Shown here: piece by piece, positions 45,522 to 52,996 of the stretch
Numbering within the stretch: the stretch's first letter is position 1
Layout of the letters: every line of letters starts with the position of its first letter
Assembly: GCA_016182185.1 (NCBI GenBank)
Contig: JACOXU010000001.1
Coordinates: forward strand, 530,915-594,914
Length of the DNA stretch: 64,000 nt
Direction of reading: 5' to 3'
Origin: Candidatus Levyibacteriota bacterium
GTDB taxonomy: Bacteria > Patescibacteriota > Microgenomatia > Levybacterales > UBA12049
The notes under the pieces: generated by a model
Told to the model about the DNA's origin: nothing
Database searches by the model: none
Seen by the model: only the letters and a program-made list of their open reading frames with translations
Program-made: the position numbers and the translations under genes

Positions 45522-45561
45522 AGAGAAGGATTATAGATCCGAAAAGGGGAAATATCAAATC

Positions 45562-45582
45562 GGGGCAATTATATCAGAAGAG
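45562..45582. repeat. Direct repeat R2
   Basis: GGGGCAATTATATCAGAAGAG. Confidence 0.92.
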
Positions 45583-45589
45583 GATTATT

Positions 45590-45970
45590 TTATTCTTTTG
45601 GTTCTAGCTTAATTGCGTTTGCGGAAGTTGTGCCGGGGACATTAAATTCAAATAATTTCATTTCTCCTTGATATTCATATTCTCCTCCATCAGGAATAAC
45701 AAAAAGGCTTCCCACTTTAACCTCGTGAGCAACTCCATTTAAAGTAAACATTCCTGTTCCTTCTCTTACATAATAGCTCCTCGTTGCACCAACCATTCTT
45801 GTTAACGGATGCCTACCATGAACATCGACACTTAAAGCGCTATAGCCTAATCCATCTTCAGGCTTCACATAATGATCGCCTGAAAATCCTTCTCTATCAA
45901 AATGCTCCGTCTTATCAAAAGAGATTTTTCTCGGGTGGGGTATTGACTTAGAACCTTCGGCTTCGCTCAT
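45590..45970 (-). CDS. Cupin-domain protein
   Basis: VHGRHP, YYVREGTGMFTLNG, LFVIPDG; ATG 45970 follows TATAAT. Confidence 0.8.
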   Translation of the reverse strand: MSEAEGSKSIPHPRKISFDKTEHFDREGFSGDHYVKPEDGLGYSALSVDVHGRHPLTRMVGATRSYYVREGTGMFTLNGVAHEVKVGSLFVIPDGGEYEYQGEMKLFEFNVPGTTSANAIKLEPKE

Positions 45971-46001
45971 GAATGAATTATAGCACAAGCACACAAAATG
46001 A

Positions 46002-46019
46002 GGCAATTATATCAGAAGA
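46002..46019. repeat. Direct repeat R3
   Basis: GGCAATTATATCAGAAGA (18-bp core of R1/R2). Confidence 0.88.
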
Positions 46020-46020
46020 A

Positions 46021-46383
46021 TTATCTATTTTTGGCTCCTCTTAGCGATGTATATTTTCCATAAAGTGAATTTCGGGTACTTCTGCTAAGAAGTGCATTGA
46101 GATTTTTGTCCAGCTTCTCAGATGCAAGTTTTTGAGAAACGCCTATAACCCCGCTTTCTTCACTTCTTTCAGCTAATTTTTTGAAATGATTAACATTATA
46201 AGTCACTATTAGTCTTTTCTGTTTACAGGCAATATCATATACCTCTCTGTCTAGGACCCCGCCTTTATTCAAATCCAATTTAATATGCTTTAAATTGTGC
46301 CTACTGTTAGTTCTTGGAAGTAAATTTTTAGAGTACACACCTTCGTCCAGAAGTAGAGAATGCTTATGAGGCTTGCGAGACAT
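46021..46383 (-). CDS. DUF5615 PIN-like toxin (VapC45-like)
   Basis: LLLDEG, DREV, RLIVTYNVNHF, SGVI; overlaps DUF433 gene. Confidence 0.8.
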   Translation of the reverse strand: MSRKPHKHSLLLDEGVYSKNLLPRTNSRHNLKHIKLDLNKGGVLDREVYDIACKQKRLIVTYNVNHFKKLAERSEESGVIGVSQKLASEKLDKNLNALLSRSTRNSLYGKYTSLRGAKNR

Positions 46384-46582
46384 GATTATTTATTATTTGA
46401 GCGCCTTCTTCCACAACTTTTTTAATTATTTCTACGGACAACTGTGGATACAACTCATTAATCGCTTCCGGAGAAAATCCGTCATTGAGTAGAAAAAATA
46501 TTTTTCTTGCAGGAATCCTAGTTCCTTTTATTACAGCTTCTCCTCCAAGTATTTCTCTGTCTGATATTATATATTTCTTCAT
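46364..46582 (-). CDS. DUF433 antitoxin
   Basis: ILGGEAVIKGTRIP, YPQLS; promoter TTGACA-17-TAAACT 6 nt before ATG. Confidence 0.88.
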   Translation of the reverse strand: MKKYIISDREILGGEAVIKGTRIPARKIFFLLNDGFSPEAINELYPQLSVEIIKKVVEEGAQIINNHVSQAS

Positions 46583-46707
46583 AATTTTAGTTTATTTTAA
46601 TAAGCGTAGCTTGTCAATGGACTCAATGGAGTAAGATTATATCATAACTAATCAATAACTAATATGTAGAGCTTTGAATATTATTTTGGGGGAGATTTTG
46701 AAAACAA

Positions 46708-47292
46708 TTAAGTTTGATTTGGTTTTCTAAATATTGCGGTTGTAGCTAGCTCGCCATCGGGAGTTTCTTCAGCTCCTATCTCTTCTAATTTTATTTCAGA
46801 ATAACCAAGCTCCGCAAATAGTTTTCCTGTCCATGTTTCTTTTGCAGCCCTAACAGGATCTCCATGAACTGACATTTCATCCTGAAAAATTTGTAGATTA
46901 ATAGAATTTGGCGCCCAAGTACCTTTGCATCCAGAAATAAAAATATTATTATCTGATAAGTATGTTAAGGCAAAAACAATAAATTTCTTTGCATACATGT
47001 CAGGATGTACATCTTGAGGATTGTCTTCATATACATCTAAAGGAGATGTTCGAGTTCTTATATTGAAATTTACAATTTCACTCACGACTTGAACCGACAT
47101 AAATCTATCAGGATAACCAACATCTCTTACAGAGAGCATATCGCTGCCAACTGTATATTGTAATTCAGATCCAGACCCACCTCTAATAACACCGGTACAT
47201 TTGCCTTTGGTTCTATACCTTTCGATTATTGCCTCAAGAGATATTCCTTTTTTGCCTTCAATATAAGGATAGTTTCCTTCAACTTCAACCAT
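46708..47292 (-). CDS. Hypothetical protein, paralog 3
   Basis: YPYIEGKKG, VHPDMYA, SINL, AAKETWTGK, LGYSE, FRKP. Confidence 0.8.
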   Translation of the reverse strand: MVEVEGNYPYIEGKKGISLEAIIERYRTKGKCTGVIRGGSGSELQYTVGSDMLSVRDVGYPDRFMSVQVVSEIVNFNIRTRTSPLDVYEDNPQDVHPDMYAKKFIVFALTYLSDNNIFISGCKGTWAPNSINLQIFQDEMSVHGDPVRAAKETWTGKLFAELGYSEIKLEEIGAEETPDGELATTAIFRKPNQT

Positions 47293-47320
47293 AGACGAGA
47301 ATTATACTCTTTGGATTTTG

Positions 47321-48355
47321 TTATATCAACTTTTGTTGTTTTTTGGGTTCTTCGGGATGCTTCTTTCCTAAATGTTCGTAGGCGGAGGGAGTGGCGACTC
47401 TTCCCCTACTCGTTCTTTTTATAAACCCAATTTGTAAAAGATACGGCTCTACGACTTCTTCAAGTGTTCCAGTATCCTCTGATATGGTTGATGCAATAGT
47501 TTCAAGTCCCACTGGCCCACCGCTATGCTTGTCAATTATTGCCTTTAAGAACCTTCGATCAGAACTATCAAGCCCCATCTCGTCTACCTCAAGCATCTTG
47601 AGCGCTTCATCTACTAATTCTTTGGTAATTTTTCCCTCCCCTTTTACCTGTGCAAAATCGCGTGCCCTCTTTAATAATTTTAAACCAATTCGGGGAGTCC
47701 CTCTGGCTCTTTTGGCAATTTGCTTGACACTCTCTTTATCAATTGCGACTTTAAGTTTTTTGGCGGCATTTTCTATAATAGTTTCTAAATCCTTCGGATC
47801 ATAAAAATTCAAACGGTGAACTACGCCAAAGCGGTCCCTAAGGGGCGCAGACATTAGCCCGATCCGTGTAGTTGCTCCGATGATGGTAAATTGGGGCAAA
47901 TCCAATCTTAAAGTTCGGGCGGAAGGCCCTTTTCCCAGAACTATGTCTAGCGCATAATCTTCCATGGCAGGATAAAGCGTCTCCTCAACTACTTTATTTA
48001 ACCTGTGAATTTCATCGATAAATAATATATCTCCTTTTTCAAGATTGGTTAGAATCGAAGCAAGATCCCCCGCTCGCTCAATCGCAGGGCCTGAGGTCAC
48101 TCTGATATTTGCTCCCATTTGCTTGGCAACCAGATGAGAAAGCGTGGTCTTCCCCAGTCCCGGAGGTCCATACAAAAGTATATGTTCTATCGCCTCTTTT
48201 CTTTTCTTCGCCGCATTTATGGCAATATGAAGAGATTCTTTTACCTGCGTTTGTCCCAGAAATCCAGTCCAGTCCGAAACCCGAAGAGAAGTAAAGAGTA
48301 CCTGTTCTTCTGGTGTTTCCTGTTCGTCAAGTTTAATCTGTTTCTTATTTGCCAT
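47321..48355 (-). CDS. ruvB: Holliday junction branch migration helicase
   Basis: [29 protein letters not shown]. Confidence 0.97.
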   Translation of the reverse strand: MANKKQIKLDEQETPEEQVLFTSLRVSDWTGFLGQTQVKESLHIAINAAKKRKEAIEHILLYGPPGLGKTTLSHLVAKQMGANIRVTSGPAIERAGDLASILTNLEKGDILFIDEIHRLNKVVEETLYPAMEDYALDIVLGKGPSARTLRLDLPQFTIIGATTRIGLMSAPLRDRFGVVHRLNFYDPKDLETIIENAAKKLKVAIDKESVKQIAKRARGTPRIGLKLLKRARDFAQVKGEGKITKELVDEALKMLEVDEMGLDSSDRRFLKAIIDKHSGGPVGLETIASTISEDTGTLEEVVEPYLLQIGFIKRTSRGRVATPSAYEHLGKKHPEEPKKQQKLI

Positions 48356-48360
48356 ATTTT

Positions 48361-48458
48361 TAAAATTTCTAACCTCTAATTTCTAAATCCTAAACAAATC
48401 CCAATTTTCAAAATCCCAAACTTTAGATCAATTAGGTGAATTAGGTCAATTAGAAATT
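48361..48458. repeat. Dispersed intergenic element, copy 2
   Basis: 48411-48458 matches 2195-2242; preceded by heptamer-like ctaattt/ctaaatc units. Confidence 0.85.
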
Positions 48459-48465
48459 ATCATGT

Positions 48466-49041
48466 TTATTTTCCCAAGTATTTCAGGGCTAGTCTTACCT
48501 TTTCTTCGACTCCCTCAATCTTCTTATCAATATTTTTCATCGCTTCTTTTGCTTCTTTTACGCTGAAACCAAAAGTCTTAAGAACATTTAGAACTTCAAG
48601 TGTCTGGCCGTCTGTCTCCTCGGATAAATCAAGATCTTCAAGGCTGCCGAGTTTTCCCCGAAGCTCAATTATAATCTTTTGGGCATTCTTTCTCCCAAGT
48701 CTTGGCACCTGGGTAAAAAATTCAACATCTCCCTTGATAACCGCCCCGATTATATTTTTTCTATTGCCTACTGAAAAGATATTTATAGCACTTCTGGGAC
48801 CAATGCCTGAAACTGAAATGATTCTTTCAAAAAGTTTTAGATCCTCTGCTGAAGAAAATCCGAAAAGCTCCAAAACATCTTCCCTGACATAGGTGTAGGT
48901 ATATATTTTTATCTGTGAGAAAAGTACGGCGCTGCCTAAAACATCTGCCGCGACAGTTGCCTTATAGCCTACTCCATTTACATCAATGATTAATGTAGTC
49001 CCGTCTTTTAATTCTACTTTTCCCTTAAGACTTCCTATCAT
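48466..49041 (-). CDS. ruvA: Holliday junction DNA-binding protein
   Basis: MIGSLKGK, GVGY, VREDVLELFGF, VSGIGP. Confidence 0.96.
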   Translation of the reverse strand: MIGSLKGKVELKDGTTLIIDVNGVGYKATVAADVLGSAVLFSQIKIYTYTYVREDVLELFGFSSAEDLKLFERIISVSGIGPRSAINIFSVGNRKNIIGAVIKGDVEFFTQVPRLGRKNAQKIIIELRGKLGSLEDLDLSEETDGQTLEVLNVLKTFGFSVKEAKEAMKNIDKKIEGVEEKVRLALKYLGK

Positions 49042-49519
49042 ACTTTCCTATCTTTCTTGAAAATAAATGTGTAAGTCCTACTGCCAGGGCATCTGCCGTA
49101 TCATCAGGCCTAGGAATTTCTTTAAGATTAAGAATTGTCTTAACCATTTTGCCAATTTGAACCTTCTCTGCCCGTCCATATCCTGAAACTGCAATTTTAA
49201 CTTGTAAGGGCGTGTAAATTCCTATAGATAATTTTTTCTGAGCACCGGCCAAAAGCACTACTCCCCTGGCCTGTCCTACTACAAAAGCGGTTTTTGCATT
49301 CGTGTTGAAAAAAAGTTCCTCAACTGAAAGTGCATCTACTTTGTATTTATTTATTAATTTTATAACTTTGTCGTAAATTTCAAAAAGCCTTTTGGGTGTT
49401 TCAAGATTAGGAGACGTTTCAAGACAATCATAATCAAGGGCTGAAAATTTTCCGTTATTTTCTTCAATAATCCCCCACCCTGTTCGGGCTATCCCGGGAT
49501 CAATTCCCAAAACACGCAT
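49025..49519 (-). CDS. ruvC: Crossover junction endodeoxyribonuclease
   Basis: LGIDPG, EELFF, QARGV, PDDTADALA. Confidence 0.96.
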   Translation of the reverse strand: MRVLGIDPGIARTGWGIIEENNGKFSALDYDCLETSPNLETPKRLFEIYDKVIKLINKYKVDALSVEELFFNTNAKTAFVVGQARGVVLLAGAQKKLSIGIYTPLQVKIAVSGYGRAEKVQIGKMVKTILNLKEIPRPDDTADALAVGLTHLFSRKIGKYDRKS

Positions 49520-49592
49520 AAATTCTTTCGTATTATAACATTTAAATCAACGGTTGTAATAATAAGGCAGTTGAGGTAAAATATAAATCTTA

Positions 49593-50318
49593 ATGAAAAG
49601 AGAAAAACTCAAGGTTGAGAAAAGAAAGATTTTAGGCAAGAAGGTAAAAAAATTAAGACGTGAAGGAGTCTTGCCGGCCAATGTGTATGGAAAAGATATA
49701 AAATCAGTTTCTGTACAAGTGGCTCAAAAAGAATTCGATAAAGTTTTCAAAGAGGCCGGAGAAACCGGATTGGTCGATTTGGAGCTTGATAGCAAATTAC
49801 TTCCGGTCTTAATCCACAATGTTCAATCAGATTATCTAGGTAATCCTCTACACGCTGATTTTTTCCAAGTAAATCTTAAAGAAAAAGTTAAAACCATGGT
49901 TCCGATCGTTGTCATTGGAGAACCCAAGGCCGTGACTGACAAGGTTGGACTTCTTATGCAGATAATTTCTGAGGTTGAAGTTGAAGCTTTGCCTGAAGAA
50001 TTGCCCGAAAATATTGAAGTGAATGTCGAGCCCTTAGCAACAGTTGATGAGCAGGTTACAGTCGGAGATCTTAAGACCGCAAAAGATGTTACTGTTCTGA
50101 CTGATCCAACCCAAGTTGTCGTAAAAATCTCAGAACTTGTCAGTAAAGAAGCAGAAGAACTTGCCGCTGAGGAGGCTGCGGCTGCTGAGGAAGCCAAGGC
50201 AGAAGCCGGAGAAGAAGAACCAGCTGAAGGCGAGGCTCCAGTCGAAGAAAAGAAAGAACCCTCCACCGCTAAAGCCCCGGCGGGCGAGGAAAAACCCGCA
50301 GAGGAAAAGACTGAATAA
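49593..50318 (+). CDS. rplY: 50S ribosomal protein L25/CTC
   Basis: LRREGVLPANVYG, HADF; acidic C-terminal tail. Confidence 0.95.
   Translation: MKREKLKVEKRKILGKKVKKLRREGVLPANVYGKDIKSVSVQVAQKEFDKVFKEAGETGLVDLELDSKLLPVLIHNVQSDYLGNPLHADFFQVNLKEKVKTMVPIVVIGEPKAVTDKVGLLMQIISEVEVEALPEELPENIEVNVEPLATVDEQVTVGDLKTAKDVTVLTDPTQVVVKISELVSKEAEELAAEEAAAAEEAKAEAGEEEPAEGEAPVEEKKEPSTAKAPAGEEKPAEEKTE
50260..50284. repeat. GC-rich palindromic-type element in rplY tail
   Basis: CCTCCACCGCTAAAGCCCCGGCGGG, 20/25 identical to 36351-36375. Confidence 0.65.
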
Positions 50319-50322
50319 CTTC

Positions 50323-50751
50323 CTATTGTTTGTTTAGTATCAACTCTAACTCTCTTCCCTCTTTAAAATTCGGGTCCAAAGATAATGTTTTCTGAAGATA
50401 CTCTCTTGACTTGTCAAAATTTTTGAGTCTGTATTCCAAAATTGCCAACTGAAAATAAGCATCTCTATAACCCTTGTACTCTTCGGTAATTGATTGCCAA
50501 TTTTTAATTTGGTTGACAATCGATTCTCGTTCCCTCTCAAGCTCGGTTTTGTTGCGTAAATTTCTATAAAGATCAAGGGAAACATAAACAATTCCGCCAA
50601 TAAAAAGCGCTGTGAGAAAACCTGCAACAATAAGTCTCTTCTGGAACTTCTTAAGATGCTTGATGACAGGGGCTTCGGTAATAAATCGGTAAATTCTCGG
50701 GAATTTAAGCTTAAGAGTTATATATTTTAGTTTTTGAGCAGATTTATGCAT
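50323..50751 (-). CDS. TM plus TPR protein
   Basis: YRDAYFQLAILEY...LSLDPNF. Confidence 0.8.
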   Translation of the reverse strand: MHKSAQKLKYITLKLKFPRIYRFITEAPVIKHLKKFQKRLIVAGFLTALFIGGIVYVSLDLYRNLRNKTELERERESIVNQIKNWQSITEEYKGYRDAYFQLAILEYRLKNFDKSREYLQKTLSLDPNFKEGRELELILNKQ

Positions 50752-52858
50752 GAACCGGCCACTCCTCTATTGCTAAAGATTCGCCGAATCCGAATCTTTG
50801 ATAAATCTCTTCTGTCACAAAGGGCACAAAGGGATGAAGAAGTTTCAGAAGTATCAAATATAAATTAATAAGAACCGTATACGAGTTTTCAGTTATTCTG
50901 TTTTTGACATCCTCGATATATTTGTCCGCAAATTCATGCCAGGTGAAATCATACAATCCCTCAGCTGTAAAATGAAAGTTATAATGCTCTATGTGTTTGG
51001 TCATGTCTTTTATTAATTTGTCTGTTTTTTCTATCCATTCTCTATCGTTTTTATGCATTGCTATTTTTAATAATTCCTTAATTGACTTTTGAGTTTTGAC
51101 TTTTGAGTTTTGACTTCGATTTATTTCAATAAATCGTCCTATATTCCAGAGTTTATTTGTAAACTTACGGGCAGCATCAAGTTTGGGATAAGAAAGCGCC
51201 TGGTCATTACCAAATGCGGTGCCATAAACTAAGGCAAATCTTACAGCGTCTGCTCCGTATTGATCAACAGTCTCGAGAGGATCAATCACATTTCCCTTGG
51301 ATTTACTCATTTTTTTGCCTAGCGGATCTTTCACCATTCCATGCAAAACTACATCTTTAAAAGGGATTTCTCCTGTTGCATAAATACCGACCATGATCAT
51401 TCTTGCCACCCAGAATAATAAAATGTCGTACATTGTTTCCATAACAGATGTAGGATAAAAATAATCGAAATCACCCGGCTTTGTGGTTTTAAGCGTAGCA
51501 AAAGGCCACTGAGCTGAAGAAAACCAAGTATCAAAAGTGTCCTCATCTTGCTTAAGTTTTTTAGAATTACAATCCTTACATTTTTCAGGAATTTCTCTCT
51601 CTGTAATCACCCAAGAATTGCACTCTTGACATTGCCAGGCAGGGATTCGTATTCCCCAGACAATTTGTCTTGAGATATTCCAGTCTTTTATATTCTTCAA
51701 AAACCAAAGAATATTCTTTTCATGTCTTTTTGGATAAAATTTAATTTTCCTTTCCTCAATTGCCTCAATAGCGGGGTTTGCCAAAGGCTCCATTTTGACA
51801 AACCATTGAGGCATAAGCATGGGTTCAATGGTTGTTCCGCATTTATAGCAAACTTCGATTGTGTGAATATAATCATTGTCGACTTTTTCAATTAAGCCTT
51901 TTTTCTCCATATCCTCTGCTACTTTTCCTCTTGCTTCTTTCACTCTCATACCTTTATATGGCCCGGTAATCTCAGTCAGCCTGCCATCTAGGTCAATTAC
52001 TTTTATAATTTCTAAATTATGTCTTTTGCCCATTTCAAAATCCTTCATATCATGGGCCGGGGTTACCTTGACAACACCAGTACCAAAATCTGGGTCTATT
52101 ACTTCATCTGCAATTATCTTCATTTTTCTTTTACCTAAGAGCGTCTCAAACTCTATTTCTTTGCCAATGTACCTCTGATATCTCTTATCTTTTGTATTAA
52201 CAGCAATTGCCGTATCTCCAAATTTGGTTTCAGGCCTTACTGTTGCCAGAGTGAGAGGACCGTATTTTATAAAATAAAGAGGGTCTTTTTGTTCCTTATG
52301 ATTCACCTCAAGATCTGAAAACGATGTGCCGCATTTTGTACAGTAATTTACCAGTCTCTCTCCTCTATAGATCAGCCCATCGTCATACATTTTTTTAAAT
52401 GTCTTGTAGACAATTTTTACGATATCTTCATCCAAAGTAAACTTATTGCGAGTCCAATCAAGAGAAAAACCCAGTCTTTTCAATTGATTTTGCATTCCCT
52501 TCTTATTTTCCAAGACATAATCAAGGATCATCTTGTAAAGTGTCTCCCGGTCAAAATCAAAACGCGATTTCCCTTCTTTCTCAAGTTTTTTTTCAAAAAC
52601 GAACTGAGTTTCAAAACCTGCATGATCTGCTCCCGGAAGCCAAAGGGTCGCAAAGCCTTTCATTCGATGAAATCGGATCAGTATATCTTCAATTACATAC
52701 ATCGCATGTCCGAAATGTAACGGGGCGTTTGCATTCGGCGGAGGAAGAATTATTGAATAAGGCTTTTTCTGATTTTTTGGGGGAGTAAAATATCGATTTG
52801 TTTCCCACATTTGATAGATTTTTTCTTCAACAAATTTATGATTATAGACTTTATCCAT
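50744..52858 (-). CDS. valS: Valine--tRNA ligase (short form without C-terminal coiled coil)
   Basis: PPPN, HFGH, WNISRQ, FDTWFSS, KMSKS; ATG 52858. Confidence 0.96.
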   Translation of the reverse strand: MDKVYNHKFVEEKIYQMWETNRYFTPPKNQKKPYSIILPPPNANAPLHFGHAMYVIEDILIRFHRMKGFATLWLPGADHAGFETQFVFEKKLEKEGKSRFDFDRETLYKMILDYVLENKKGMQNQLKRLGFSLDWTRNKFTLDEDIVKIVYKTFKKMYDDGLIYRGERLVNYCTKCGTSFSDLEVNHKEQKDPLYFIKYGPLTLATVRPETKFGDTAIAVNTKDKRYQRYIGKEIEFETLLGKRKMKIIADEVIDPDFGTGVVKVTPAHDMKDFEMGKRHNLEIIKVIDLDGRLTEITGPYKGMRVKEARGKVAEDMEKKGLIEKVDNDYIHTIEVCYKCGTTIEPMLMPQWFVKMEPLANPAIEAIEERKIKFYPKRHEKNILWFLKNIKDWNISRQIVWGIRIPAWQCQECNSWVITEREIPEKCKDCNSKKLKQDEDTFDTWFSSAQWPFATLKTTKPGDFDYFYPTSVMETMYDILLFWVARMIMVGIYATGEIPFKDVVLHGMVKDPLGKKMSKSKGNVIDPLETVDQYGADAVRFALVYGTAFGNDQALSYPKLDAARKFTNKLWNIGRFIEINRSQNSKVKTQKSIKELLKIAMHKNDREWIEKTDKLIKDMTKHIEHYNFHFTAEGLYDFTWHEFADKYIEDVKNRITENSYTVLINLYLILLKLLHPFVPFVTEEIYQRFGFGESLAIEEWPVHA
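51082..51116. repeat. Heptamer tandem repeat in valS
   Basis: ttgactt ttgagtt ttgactt ttgagtt ttgactt (SQNSKVKTQKS). Confidence 0.88.
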
Positions 52859-52996
52859 AAATATCTTATGCGAGTATTGTACCATACAGAACATTTGTTA
52901 AACTAGAAAAAATCGCTTTGTTTGAAGCCGAGTACACGAAAATTATGTGAACCGATAGTTGTGTTCGAAAATTCTCTTAAAAGCGGTGTTTTAAAA

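Noticed and set aside
44938-46019. CRISPR array or classical integron for repeats R1-R3
   Set aside because: Spacing is 400-600 bp and contains whole genes; repeats are not palindromic attC sites; no cas or intI gene in the window
52860-52996. T-box riboswitch upstream of valS
   Set aside because: No T-box consensus or terminator seen, and a TACAAT -10 lies close to the start codon
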